The position numbers were made by a program, and so were the translations under genes. DNA of 53,609 bases from Spirogloea muscicola (Eukaryota): the NCBI GenBank assembly GCA_009602725.1, contig WELB01000019.1:551481-605089 (forward strand), read 5' to 3'. The notes below the pieces were generated by a model, which was not told where the DNA came from, made no database searches, and saw only the letters and a program-made list of their open reading frames with translations. Below are positions 33,969-45,781 of the stretch, piece after piece. How positions within the stretch are numbered: position 1 is the stretch's first letter; each line of letters starts with the position of its first letter.

Positions 33969-34395
33969 TCGCTCTGACCGCTCTTGCTCTTCCCCCACCC
34001 AAAAGAGAGATCTTCTACTTCGACCGAGCAGGGGCAATGGCTGACATGCAAGACAAACCTCCCGAAGCGGGCGACGACTGTGAACAGAAAGTGGCTCTCT
34101 CAATGGGGGCAAGGGCTGTGATAAGAAAGACACCTCCAGTCGAGGCCAATGGCTGTTGGCCAGCCCAAATGAAGAGACGCCAGCCCAAGAGGAATTGACA
34201 AGGTCTGGAGGAGCTGGGAAGCGCAAAGCAACCCCCCTCCCTTCTCTCCTCTCCCCCTTCCCACCCTCGCTCCTCCCCGCCCTCCTCCCAGCCCTTGCAT
34301 ACAAATCTCACTCTCCCACCTCATCCCATCCATCATACCTGCAGCCCCGAGCTTTCCATACCGCTGCTCCTCCCCCTCCTCCAGCTGCAGGCTCC

Positions 34396-35966
34396 ATGGC
34401 GGCTGAGGCACTGGCGCAGATGGTGGCGACAACAATGGCAGCCGGTGCCGCCACTGGCGCCGCCAGCTTCGACTTCTTCTACTTCGTGCAACAGTGGCCG
34501 GGGTCGTACTGCGACGGCAACAGGTGCGAACGCTGCCCCACCTGACTCAGCCCCTGCGCCGGCCTGCCTGGACGGTAATTCCATGCCTTGGCCAGGTCGT
34601 CTGTTCTTGATTTCTACAGCATGTATGACATCTGGTGGTGACATTTTCTTCTGACAGGAAGTGCTGCTACAATCCCGACAAGGGCAAGCCCAAGGAGAGT
34701 TCTCCATCCACGGTCTATGGCCCAACTACGCAGACGGCAGCTGGCCCCACGACTGTAATGACAGCCGGAGCTTTGACATATCCGAGGTTTGGTTGCCTCC
34801 ACTTGCAACCCAGAATTGCCTTCGCAACTTCAGTACAAGTACCTTTCTTGTGTGCCCCAGTCGTCGCCTTCCGCTCAGGATAACATCCCCAGATTTAGCC
34901 CAAGAGCATTCGTGTCCAGCTTGGTTGGATGCTTATGGCCAATGGGGGATAAAGGGCTTGCGCTTGGTGTGCTCATGCAGCTTACCATCTATTATTTTCC
35001 AGATTAGTGACCTGGAAGATGACCTGGAGACTTACTGGGACACCTTACATTGCCCCGCTAGTAAGGGTGAAAGCTTCTGGTCGCATGAGTGGAGCAAGCA
35101 CGGGACCTGTGCTGACACCTTAGGGGACGAGCATGCCTACTTCAATGTGAGCAAGATTTGTGTAATATCATCAAGGTCGAACAATTTTCGATCGTGAAGT
35201 ACTCAAAAGTGCACCCACATCTTTCCTAGGCCGTCGAAGAGTGGGGTAAAAAGCGTTCCATTCTGGAGAAATTTTGGAGCCTTTTGTGCCAGAAAGGATG
35301 TCTCGCCTGAGCTATCTCCGATTATCTGCTCAGTTCCTCGTCATTAATGCAGGCTGCACTACAGCTATGGAACAGCACGCTCATCACACAGGCGCTTGCT
35401 GACGCTGGGATCACACCTGGGTAAGCACTCTTTCGTCCTGTATCGCTTCTTGGCCAATTTTTTTATTATCAGCAGCCGCTTCTGTCTTTTGAAGGAGCCT
35501 CAGACAATGTCGGCAAAACACAACAAAAGAGAGCACCTACTTTGCAAAGAGCCAGACAGTTGACGGTCTTCTGAGGTCGGCAAAAGCTCACTCTAGCCCT
35601 ACTCTTATGCAGGGCGAGCTACAATTTCCGTGACATCATGGACATCATAACAAATTATGTAGGCTTCAAGCCAGCAATCGAGTGCAACAACGACCGAGAG
35701 AAGAGGCCCCAGCTGTACCAGGTGCTTGACATTCTCAAGCTCCCTGCCATAAGGTGGCCCAATCACTCGCATGATCCGCGGATAAAACGTGGTGCAAAGT
35801 TTCTTGCTCTGCCTTATTTGTAACAGGCATCTGACGCCTTTAAGCTCCGCACGTTTGGCTGCAGGTCTACATCTGCGTGGATGCAGATGGCGAAACATTG
35901 ATTGATTGCCCCATCTATCCGAAAGTCAGGGCCTGTCCCAAAACTGTGGCATTCCCCTTGTTCTGA
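34396..35966 (+). pseudogene. RNase T2 family (RNS1-like) gene with an apparent 1-nt frameshift in exon 2
   Basis: FDFFYFVQQWPGSYC|RKCCYNPDKGKPK then frame change to EFSIHGLWPNY (CAS I); FWSHEWSKHGTC (CAS II); PAIECN...QLYQ|VYICVD...CP...FPLF*. Confidence 0.75.
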
Positions 35967-36699
35967 TCAAGATCTGCAACTATCACAGAAGATACTTTCT
36001 AATCATGACAATAAATGTTCGCCTGTGCGTCTCACGATATGCTATATGGCACTGTACATGGATGCTTGCTGAGACCAGCTTGTCATCTGTGAATATTTTG
36101 ATATCTGGGAATTTTGTAGCTAGACTGAGTTATACACCTGCTTCTGAGGTGCAAATCTGTCAAAGCGAGCACACTAAAATGACCTAAGCTGTCTCAATGC
36201 CTTTGTCACCTTCGTCTGCATATAACAACGAATAAACATAAGTATGAAGTCTGAATGTGCTTGATCATGTAAGGCGCATAATAAATGTTTTGAGCCACAT
36301 GCTGGTCCAAAAGTAGCATAAATTGGCAACTTCAAAGTGCAATCAGAACCGTCATCACAGTGATACCTTCCATCGAAGTGTTTCTATGAGGGTGAGAAGG
36401 TAACAGAGGTGACCACGGATGATATGTCCTGGAGCAGTTGGTGCAGACAAGTGCTTAGAAGAGCTGCACTCTAGCTGTATCGTCATTTAATGCAACGAAG
36501 GTGAGGAAGATATGTAAGCACAACTTCATGCCTTAGATTGAACCTCAAAGCAAGCAGAGAACCACATGTAATGAGAGGACAGAAGATGGGGCTGAGGAGA
36601 TCTCAGCTCTTCCGGCAAGGGTTCCAACCTGCGACCTGCTCATTGGACCAGCAAAGGGGGTGTAGAAAGGCTAGAATGCTAAGAACATTACCCACGACA

Positions 36700-39144
36700 C
36701 ATAAACTCTAAAATCAGTGTGTTCGCGAGAACACGGGAAAGTGTTCGCGAGAACACTTGGCCTTGGCGACAAATCCCATGCAATTGTCTGCGCAATACAG
36801 CAGCGCGATACATCTGCAAATGTATGACCGCGTGGACATCCACAAGTCACTGCAGAAGACTCCTTCGAGCTGCTCAACTTAGAATTCTCTGTAGGGCGGA
36901 GTGATGTGTCAGCCCTTCCGGCTAAGATTTGTGTGGGTATACCAGGAGGGGCATGGGGGCCAGCTTCCTGGAGGTACGCAATCAGGCTGCCCTGAAGAAG
37001 CAACTCCGACAAGCTGGGCTCACAGGGAACGGTTACGTACACACACGGCACGACCTTGCCATCGTGCCTGGCGGTGGCCTGTGCACCATCTCCAACGTGG
37101 TGATGAGGACGCATCCAACCGTGGCAACACGTGCTCGTGGGCTAACAAGGCGGGTCCATTCGTCAGCAGAGCTTCCAACTCAAGGATAACAAACGCTTCC
37201 CACCTTAAGAAACGAAATCTTGTCTTACTTGCAGTTGACCTCCACGAGGACTTCTCGGGCGCTGTGCCTCACCTACTCCTTCAGTCTGCACTGCGTGCGG
37301 CGGCTGGCGGCTTGATGCTGGGGGCAGCACAGTAAGCTACCCATTTGTCAGATGCTCGGACTTGCTGGCTTCTTCGCATGGGCCTCTCCCCACCACTGTT
37401 GCAACTCCAGGGATTGAAGTTGCATTTACATGCTGGCCATGCCTTGGTTATGTCCTGCTGCAGAGCATCCTGCTGCAAGTTACTACAATGTGCGGCTGTT
37501 GACCAGGGGTAAATGATGGCTAGTCTTAGCAGCCATGATTCTGTTGAGTGCTCTCCTTTTGCGCTGGGGCTTCTTGACATTAACCTCTCGTCCTTTTTGG
37601 CCGGCCCTTCACGGCCACCGCCTCTGAGGGAGTGACATTTTTAAAAGGGGATAATGCGTGGAACTACCTGGGCGAGTCCCCACTTCCCAACCTTGGGGCC
37701 TCCAAGACTTGTTGCATTTGTACCGCTTTGGCCCCAGCTTCGCCTTCAAATTTTGACGAGAAAGCCGCGCTTAGGCGGTCGTACTCTGCCCTTATTTGCG
37801 CAATATCGCACTTAGAGATATGGAGACCGCACATCCTTACAAAGTTGAAAAAGTTGTCTGACCCCCAGACACAGACTCGGACTGGTAAGCTGGCACTGTG
37901 GCACAGTCGTTGCTGCCAACTTTGGCAACTGCTGATGGCGTCCTGCCCATCATTCACTGCTCCGCTCTTGTCAATTGTCGGGGCTGGCAGTGGAAAAAGC
38001 CTTGCCCTAGCCTCGAAGGGTAGGCGGGGCGGTGACTCTGAAACGCCAGCCCGTGCCAGCTCACGCCTTGCATCTGCATGCAGGCCGTGCCCTGGCTGCT
38101 GCTCCACGTATCGGCAGGGGACTCCTATCTGACTGCTAGTGTTTCCGACTTGCGACTGCTTATTGAGCGGCTTATGAGTTATCCTTCTTTTCCAACGTGC
38201 TCTTAGCTTTCCAATTTCTCTGGAACTTGTCATTCTTTCGTGGGCTGGACCTTCGCTCGCCCTTTAAGAGAGCTACTCCCTCTGACAAGTGAAGGACAAG
38301 GTCTGAACGGGCTGGAAAGCGCGTAAGAACACAGCTACACAAGTGACTACTACGAATGGGTGCTCTTTAGCGCCCAGTCTGCAGCAAGTCGTAGTTGCTT
38401 GCAGCCGGAAAAGTGTCACCTTGGCGAGACCCAGCAGCTGAGGCGCGGCCTTGCTGCAAATGCACTGCAAAACCTGGCATCGCCGGAGCGAGACTGATTC
38501 GGATGCAAAATGAGCAACCCTAGCCTGGCATTCCCTCATTGCCGCTCTTTGACCTACCAGCCGGGTTGGCCTCTCACAGCCACTCTGCTTTGTAAGAGCC
38601 GTTCCTGCTTTTTGTATCCGCCTCTCTGTATCCCTGCAGCGGTCCATGGCCCACGCTCTGCATCTGCGAGCTGGCCGTGCTCTCGCTGCGGGCTCTGGCT
38701 TTCGTCAGGGTGATAGCTTCCCGGCAGCTAGTCTGTCGGATCTGAGGCTCCTCACTCGTACTTATTGAGTTATCCATCCTCCCCCTGTTTTACCATTGCA
38801 TCCTCAGGCCCCTTTGTAGCTGCTCACCGCTCTTAGGCCCCTCTGAACCTTTGTGAATTCTTTTTGGGCTGGCTTTTCGCAGCCCTTGCCCCCATTGGGA
38901 GTGCCACTTCTTCTTTTTGGGCTGGCTCCTCACGGCCATTGCCTTACTTGGCAAAAGAAAAAAAGAAGCAAGTGCTCGCCCATTGAGGATAGGGGCTGCA
39001 AAGGACGCTACCAGCCGGGAGTCCTGGCGCGGAGTTGGGCCTGCCCCCATGATTCGCGGCTGCCGGCAGAAATAAGATCATCTAAAGGAGAGATCGTGTA
39101 TTAGAAAGAAATGTAGGCCAAATGGCCAGGTACAAAGGCAAGCA
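36700..39144. mobile_element. Older degenerate CRE-like fragments upstream of the intact copy
   Basis: HTRHDLAIVPGGGLCTISNVV (~37040-37105) resembles HTRRADLVAILPSGGPRIITDVV; ALHLHAGRALAA (~38066); LRAGRALAAGSGFRQGDSFPAASLSDLRLLTRTY* (~38660-38769); hairpin motifs 38853-38945; antisense B-type UTR 39091-39144. Confidence 0.7.
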
Positions 39145-42100
39145 AAGGCGGCGAGGCCACCGCCGCCGCCTTCACCGGCCTCGCCCGACCCCCCGCGGTG
39201 CCAATACTGCACGAAGCCCTACACCACGCGGTCAGGCCGGACCCTCCATGAATGGGCCTGCGTGTGCAACAACAACCGTGCGGAGCAGGCGCGGGGCGCA
39301 GCTGCTGCAGGTGGCCGCCGGGGCCGGCCAGGCCGGCCAGTCCCACCCGCGCCGTCCCCACCCACGCCTCAGCACTGGCAGTGGCTGGCCGGCCTCGACC
39401 TGGCAGCCGTCCACCGCCAGGCGGCCCTCCCGCTCGTCCGCCACGTTCCCCGCTGGGTGCGTCCACACATTCGCCGCGCGCTTCGCCCGGCGATGCAGCG
39501 GATTGTCCGAGACCATCGGGACGAGGCGGCCTGGAAGCAGTTCCTCCTCTTCCCCCGGCTACTGCTCGGGCGCGTCCCCAACGACGGCCGCCGGCAGGGC
39601 CAGCAGCCCCTCCTGGAGCGCGTCCAGATGTTCGAGGGCGGCCAGTGGGAGGAGCTTCTGGCACGCCACGATGCAGCGGTGGCCGCCTCGGCGGCAGACC
39701 ATGGGGCCACGCGGGCCGCGCCAGCCGGGGCCGCCAATGTCCGCCGGGCGCTACGCTTCGGCCATGCGGGCGAGTTGTCCAGGGCGGTCCAGGCCCTGGA
39801 CGACTCGGTGCTGGCGCCCACCAACGCCGCAACGCGGGCGGCCCTGGACTCCCTGCACCCTCCGGCGCGCAACCCCCTGCCCCCGTGGCTGGACACCTTC
39901 ACCCCGCTGGAGGAGGTGGTCCTCGACGCCGACGCCCTGCGGCAGGCCCTGCAGAGCAGCCGCCGCGCAGCCGCTGGAGGTCCTTCCCACATGCTCACCG
40001 AGCACCTCCGGGAAATCTTCTTGGAGGGGGACGCTGCCGACTTCGCGGCGCTCCACCAGGTGTGCCAGCTCCTAGCTCGCGACCAGGTCCCAGCCAGCGT
40101 TCGGGACGTCCTGTGCGCCAGTACACTGCTGGCGCTCAGCAAGGCCGGCGGAGGGGTCCGGCCCATCGCCATCGGGGAGGTACTCTACCGTCTGGTGGGG
40201 CGCGCACTCTGGCAACAGCACGCGGGGCAGGCCCAAGCACACCTGGCGCCCCAGCAGTTTGGCGCGGGGCTACGGAGCGGCGGCGAGACGGTCGTGCACG
40301 GCGTACGGGCCACCCTGGACCTGCACCCGGAGTGGGTGGCTATGGCAGTCGATGTCCGCAATGCCTTCAATAGCGTTGATCGGGACGTCATTGCGGAGGA
40401 GCTGAGAGAGGCCTTCCCCAGCCTTCTACCCTTCTTCAGGCTGGGGTACGGTCGGCCAAGTGACCTGCTGTGGCGGACGGAGGGGGGAGCGGTGGAGACC
40501 CTCCACTCCACCAGGGGTGCACGTCAAGGGGATCCACTCGCTGGATTCTACTACGCGCTGGCACACCATCGCGCGCTCCAGGCAACGGTCGCGGCTCACC
40601 CTGGCGTGCTGGTGCCGACGTACGCAGATGATACCACTCTGGTGGGACCGCCTGCAGACGTCGTGGCAGCCTTTGCTACCCTCCAGGTGCAGCTGGGCGC
40701 GATCGGCCTGGACATCAGGGCGGACAAGTGCTGTGCCTGGTCCCCGGCAGGTCCCCTGCCAGCCCACCTGGGCCTGCCCGTGGGCTGCCAGACACCGGCC
40801 GAGGGCCTCACTCTCCTCGGCGTCCCCCTGGGCGCACCTGCCTTCGTGGCGGAGCAGCTGCAGGGGCGGCTGCAGGACCACCTCCGGCCGGCGGCCCGCC
40901 TGCACACGCTGAACGACATGCAGCTGGCAACCGCCATGCTGACCCGGTGCATCGCGCAGCGGCCCCACTACCTGGCCCGCACCGTCCTTCCCTCACCGGC
41001 GGTGACGGCAGCGTATGAGGCCTTCGACACCGGCATCATGGCGGCCGCAGCCTCCCTCGTGCAGCACCCGGCGTTCCTCACCACCCAAGCTGCGCAGCTG
41101 CAGGCCAGCCTGCCGATCAGTCGTGGCGGCTTGGGATGCCGCTCAGTTGCCCGCGTCTGTGAGGCGGCCTTCCTGGGAAGCTGGGCGCAGGTGGCCGCCC
41201 CCATGTGTCAGCGGTTCCTCGTGCACGGACAACGCGCCCTGGAGCGGGCGGCAGCCGATGTGGAGACAGGCCAACTCCCCTTCCAAGTCGCCCTCCGCAC
41301 TGCCCGCGACAGGCTCCTGCAGGTCCACCCCAACATGTCCGAGCAGACTGTTCCTTTCCGGCACCTCGCCCACACTCCAGACCTGCGGGCTCAGGCACGC
41401 TTCACGGCGTTGGTCGAGAAGGCGGCCTCCGACCAGGCGGTGGAGCTTCTCCCTCCGTCTGACGTTCGCGGGCGTGCTCGGCTTCTCTCCGCCTCTTCCC
41501 CTGGGGCGGCGGCGTGGCTCCAAGCGCTCCCACTCTATGCCGCACTTACCATGCCCGACGAGGTCTACCGGACGGCGGTGCATCGGCTCTTGGGGCTCCT
41601 CCCTCCCTGCCTTACAGGTGTCACACAGTGCGAGTGCGGCGCCCGGCACGCCGACCCTGCGGAGCTGGCCGCGCACATGCTCCGTTGCGCCCACGGAGGC
41701 GAGAGGACCGCTTCCCATGATCTTTTGCGCGATGGTATGCAGGGGGTGTTCATAGAGGCGGGCTTCAAGGTGGCGGTGGAGTGCTCCTCAGTCATGCCCA
41801 TCCTGCGGGGCGAGGACGGCCGGTCGCACACCCGGCGCGCCGACCTGGTCGCTATCCTGCCCAGCGGCGGTCCCCGCATCATCACTGATGTGGTGACAAC
41901 GGACAGCTACGACTCCGGCAACCCCACCAGGTCGGCGTCGTTTGCAGGGCATGCGGTCGGCCTGGCAGCCCGGGCAAAAGAGAAAAAATATGCCGATCAC
42001 CCGGTCGGTGATGAGTTCGCGGCCCTGGCGATAGATGTTCACGGGGCCTTCGGCAGCCGCTGGCTGGATCTCCTCCAGCGGCTTGCTCGTCAGGCTATTG

Positions 42101-42324
42101 ATCGGCGGTCGGGTCCGCCCGGGGCGCTGCCCGGCTTCAACGCCGCCGGGTCGCTCGCCCAGGTCTTTCGCATGCGCTTGGCGGTATCGTTCCAGCGATC
42201 CCTTGCCCACGCTGTCCACACGCGCGCAGGACGCGCTCTGGCCGCGGCCTCCGGGTCTCGGCGGAGTGCCTCCTTCCCTGCCTCGAGCTACTCGGACCTG
42301 ATGTTGCTCACTCGCGGGTACTGA
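39145..42324 (+). CDS. Retrotransposon polyprotein: C2HC zinc finger, reverse transcriptase, CCHC knuckle, restriction-like endonuclease (~1060 codons, no 5' ATG)
   Basis: CQYCTKPYTTRSGRTLHEWAC in frame upstream of the listed ORF; KAGGGVRPIAIGEVLYRL, DVRNAFNS, GARQGDPL, YADD (40621), LLGVPLG, LPISRGGLG, CECG..H...C, SHD, RRADL..DV, KEKKY, LAIDVHGAFG, FQR. Confidence 0.93.
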   Translation, partial: KAARPPPPPSPASPDPPRCQYCTKPYTTRSGRTLHEWACVCNNNRAEQARGAAAAGGRRGRPGRPVPPAPSPPTPQHWQWLAGLDLAAVHRQAALPLVRHVPRWVRPHIRRALRPAMQRIVRDHRDEAAWKQFLLFPRLLLGRVPNDGRRQGQQPLLERVQMFEGGQWEELLARHDAAVAASAADHGATRAAPAGAANVRRALRFGHAGELSRAVQALDDSVLAPTNAATRAALDSLHPPARNPLPPWLDTFTPLEEVVLDADALRQALQSSRRAAAGGPSHMLTEHLREIFLEGDAADFAALHQVCQLLARDQVPASVRDVLCASTLLALSKAGGGVRPIAIGEVLYRLVGRALWQQHAGQAQAHLAPQQFGAGLRSGGETVVHGVRATLDLHPEWVAMAVDVRNAFNSVDRDVIAEELREAFPSLLPFFRLGYGRPSDLLWRTEGGAVETLHSTRGARQGDPLAGFYYALAHHRALQATVAAHPGVLVPTYADDTTLVGPPADVVAAFATLQVQLGAIGLDIRADKCCAWSPAGPLPAHLGLPVGCQTPAEGLTLLGVPLGAPAFVAEQLQGRLQDHLRPAARLHTLNDMQLATAMLTRCIAQRPHYLARTVLPSPAVTAAYEAFDTGIMAAAASLVQHPAFLTTQAAQLQASLPISRGGLGCRSVARVCEAAFLGSWAQVAAPMCQRFLVHGQRALERAAADVETGQLPFQVALRTARDRLLQVHPNMSEQTVPFRHLAHTPDLRAQARFTALVEKAASDQAVELLPPSDVRGRARLLSASSPGAAAWLQALPLYAALTMPDEVYRTAVHRLLGLLPPCLTGVTQCECGARHADPAELAAHMLRCAHGGERTASHDLLRDGMQGVFIEAGFKVAVECSSVMPILRGEDGRSHTRRADLVAILPSGGPRIITDVVTTDSYDSGNPTRSASFAGHAVGLAARAKEKKYADHPVGDEFAALAIDVHGAFGSRWLDLLQRLARQAIDRRSGPPGALPGFNAAGSLAQVFRMRLAVSFQRSLAHAVHTRAGRALAAASGSRRSASFPASSYSDLMLLTRGY

Positions 42325-42461
42325 GCTTCCCCAGTATGTTGTCGTGATTGGTAGAGTAGAGGAGTCCTTCCTCGGCTTCTCATTCTTCGGCTTTGGACAT
42401 TGTCCATTCTTTTTGGGCTGGCTTTGCCAGCCCCTCTTTCTTTATGGGCGAGCCTTCTTCT
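39145..42461 (+). mobile_element. Near-intact, slightly 5'-truncated RLE-type (CRE-like) non-LTR retrotransposon
   Basis: Single stop-free frame with ZnF, RT and RLE; ~135-nt 3' UTR with hairpin and cttcttc tail; no poly(A), LTR or clear TSD. Confidence 0.92.
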
Positions 42462-43090
42462 GATGGCTGTGATTAGCCAGCCCAGGAAAAGGCGAAGGAA
42501 AAATAAAAATTGGTTCGAACTGTGGCCAAAAGAAAAAGCGCTAGAGCACACAGCGACTCCATTAGCCACTGGGTGCTCCAATTCCAATGGGCAAAGAATA
42601 CACGCTTCCACAGGGTGTGACTCTCGTCCGGTCCCCGTCATTCATGGTCATTGACCGGTGTGTGGCTCGCTCATTGCAGAACACCGGGTAACGGTCAGCC
42701 CAATCCGCCACAACATCCCCTGTTGAGGAGCTGGACAAGCTGCCAGCTGCCCGACGCGCCTTCTGGGGTGCCCGGCGGCGCCGCTAAGTCCTCGCTAGCT
42801 CCCCGTCACTGACTGCTGCCGCTGGGGGCCGGCGCGGGCGACTCTCCCAGACGCCGAAGTCGATTTCGGGGCTGTGGCGGGGGCGGTCTGGCCCTGCGGT
42901 ACGTGCTCCGCCGAGCCGGTCACTCTATTAGTGCACCGACTCGCCTAGAGGCCGAGATACACTGGTGAGCAGATTCCGAACGGACCGGGCACAACACGGC
43001 CAGGCATCTCCCCCCCCCCAAGCACCTCCCGTCCACCGCGCCCGCCCCCCCCGCCGTCGCCGCCACAAACGCCGCCGCCGGACGCGCGCC

Positions 43091-45781
43091 ATGGCCGCCA
43101 TGGCCGCCACCGTCACCGGCGCCGCCGCCGCCGGCGTGGCGTGCCGGCAGAGCGCCGCCTTCGGGCGCCGCGTCCAGCTGCGCGTCGCTACCGCTGCCAC
43201 GAGCGCTAGGTCGGAGCTTGGGCCCCCTCCTGCACTCAGCTCGGGTGCTCTGCGCCTCGCCCTGAGGCGACGCTGCCGCTGAAATGCGCGCAGTCGTTTA
43301 TTGGACGCTCGGTATCAAGCAGCAGCTAACGGTCCTCCCTCACCGGCTGTACAGGGGGCCTCTGAAGGTCATGGCCAGTGCTCGCGTGGACAGCTGCTCC
43401 AAGCGCGACATCATGGTCGCGCCCTCCATCCTCTCCGCCAACTTCGCCACCCTTGGTGATCAGGTTGGCCTCTGACTGCTGCTTGGCCTTGCGACGTCAG
43501 TATGGGTTTGGAGCCCGAGGCTTAGGGCATCCTGTTGAGAGCTCAACAACAGGATGGGCATCCAGTTCAGCAGCAATATCACCGTCGCTGTGAAGTTCCA
43601 CACTTCTTGCTGAGCTCGTTTGACCATGTGTTGTGCGCATCTGCCTTTGGCACATGAAGCCAAGCTTGCTGGGGCAGGCTTACAAGCAGCTCTAACTACA
43701 TAGCCATCCTTGCACATGTCACCAGCTACTTAGTTTTGGCAAGTGGTGCCGTGGAGTCAACTTGCCCACCTCTGCTTCCAAGCTGTTGACAGAACGTGCT
43801 GCGTGGCAAGGGCAGGTGAAGGCTGTCGAGGAGGCTGGATGTGACTGGATCCACGTGGACGTCATGGACGGCCGTTTCGTTCCCAACATCACCATTGGGC
43901 CACTTGTTGTTCAGGCTCTCCGCCCTGTCACGGATCTTCCTCTTGATGTCCACCTGGTGCAGTCCCTTATGCCCTGACATCCACCCCGCAACTATGAACA
44001 CTCCATGAACACATGCCTGTTCAATGTTTGAAGTGAAATAGCAGGCAACGTGATGCACCTCCCTTTTTGAGGAGACGCCGCCTAGTAGGTGTTGGTGTGG
44101 AGTGGAAGCTACTGGACAAGGCTGACATCGACCAAGTGATAGCCGCAGCAAGTGCTAGCTGTGGAATGCCTTCATAGGTGTTGACAGATGTGATTGTTGC
44201 AGATGATTGTGGAGCCTGAGCTGAGGGTGGCTGACTTTGCCAAGGCTGGTGCTGACATAATCAGCGTCCACGCCGAGCAGTCGTCCACTATTCACCTCCA
44301 CCGCTCTGTTGCTCAGGTTGGCGGCAGATTCACTGTAGAGCTCCTCAGATAATCTCGATGCTAGTGAGGCTCTGCTTACAGAAGCTGAAGTTCTGGCCAT
44401 GTTGATCACCACAGATCAAGCAGTTGGGCTGCAAGGCTGGTGTTGTACTCAATCCTGGCACACCTCTTTCAGCTATTGAATACGTCCTTGACTGTGAGTC
44501 TTGTCAAGTTGCACTTGTGCATCATCACTGCAGAAGTTGCTCACTCAATCTGACGCATGAGTGAGCCACAGCTGACTTTGGATCTGCGGTCTTTATTTTG
44601 CTTCGTACAGCCACTGTATGAGGTCTGGTCTAAAATGTTGTACTGTATAGAGTATGGTGTAACACTAGTCTTGATTGAGGGAGTGGGGTATAACATCTGT
44701 GGCAACCTGATACTATGCAACAGCCGTGGACTTGGTGCTCATCATGTCTGTCAACCCCGGCTTTGGAGGCCAGAGTTTCATCGAGAGCCAGGTTCAGAAG
44801 ACCAGGGACTTGAGGCGGATGTGTGATGAGAAGGTGTGCCTGGTCATCTGACATGTATCGCCAGCAAGTCATGCGTTGAACACTTGGGTGTGGGAGTTTG
44901 AAGTGCTCCTCAATAGCAGGTGCTGATTATCTGAGTGCTGGTTATTTGCAGATTCTGCTGTTTCTGTATCATGACGAGGGCTAACTTTGCCTTGGACTTC
45001 GTGGCAGGGGGTGGATCCCTGGATTGAGGTTGACGGAGGTATCACACCAGCCAACGCTTGGAAGGTGGGGTTCTCCATTGCAGTCTGCTCACAGTGTCTA
45101 GCCAGGCTGGAGTAGGTCACATTGCTATGGTGCTTATGTGATCGACCTTTGCACAAGTAGATGTCAAGTAGATGCACAAGTAGAGGCATTGAACACGCAA
45201 GTCCCTCCCCTGCCAACAATTCAAGTGGGGCCAACGTCTGGATAACGCTCAGCTTAGTCTGGATGTTCTTGAGTGTTGGTCAATGAGTGATGGAGGAGCT
45301 TGCGGGACTTTGCAGCAATGGTGCCTGCACATGTTGTACTCATTGCCTTGAAATGTGCAGTGTAGCGCATGCTGGAATCTTACAAATAGTCCTTCCTCCC
45401 TGTGCACCTCTGCTGCAGGTGATTGAGGCTGGTGCTAACGCCCTTGTTGCTGGCTCCGCTGTTTTTGGAGCCAAGAGCTACAAGGAAGGTATGTGTGTCG
45501 TGACATTAGTGCATGCCCACTGTGGTGTTGAGCAGTTTCCAGTCAATGGCAACATTAGCAACTTGGTCCTTCGTGATTTGGACAAGCCGTAAGCTGCCGG
45601 CCTGCCATTTGCCACTCTTTCAGGAGCGCTTTTTGATCTTTTACAATGCGCAAGTTCACCAATTGCATGTAATGTTTATGTCTTCCAAAAGGATGCTCAT
45701 ATGCTGTCGCTTGCATGTGATGCAGCTATTGCTGGCATTAAAGCCAGCAAGAAGCCCGTTCAGGAGGCTGTGCCAGCTTAG
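43091..45781 (+). CDS. RPE: Plastid ribulose-5-phosphate 3-epimerase, 9 exons
   Basis: Ala-rich transit peptide; [98 protein letters not shown]. Confidence 0.97.

Noticed and set aside
37664..38233. 189-aa minus-strand ORF as a host gene
   Set aside because: Overlaps retroelement remnants; no recognisable domain or splice structure
39101..42301. Many overlapping alternative-frame and antisense ORFs over the retroelement (likewise over PsaD, the LEA-like gene and ATS1)
   Set aside because: Shadow ORFs caused by high GC; no motifs
42401..42453. Hairpin as an intrinsic terminator or HDV-like ribozyme
   Set aside because: The T-run precedes the stem, and no P1/P1.1/P2/P3 nested pseudoknot or catalytic C-R-A junction could be built by eye
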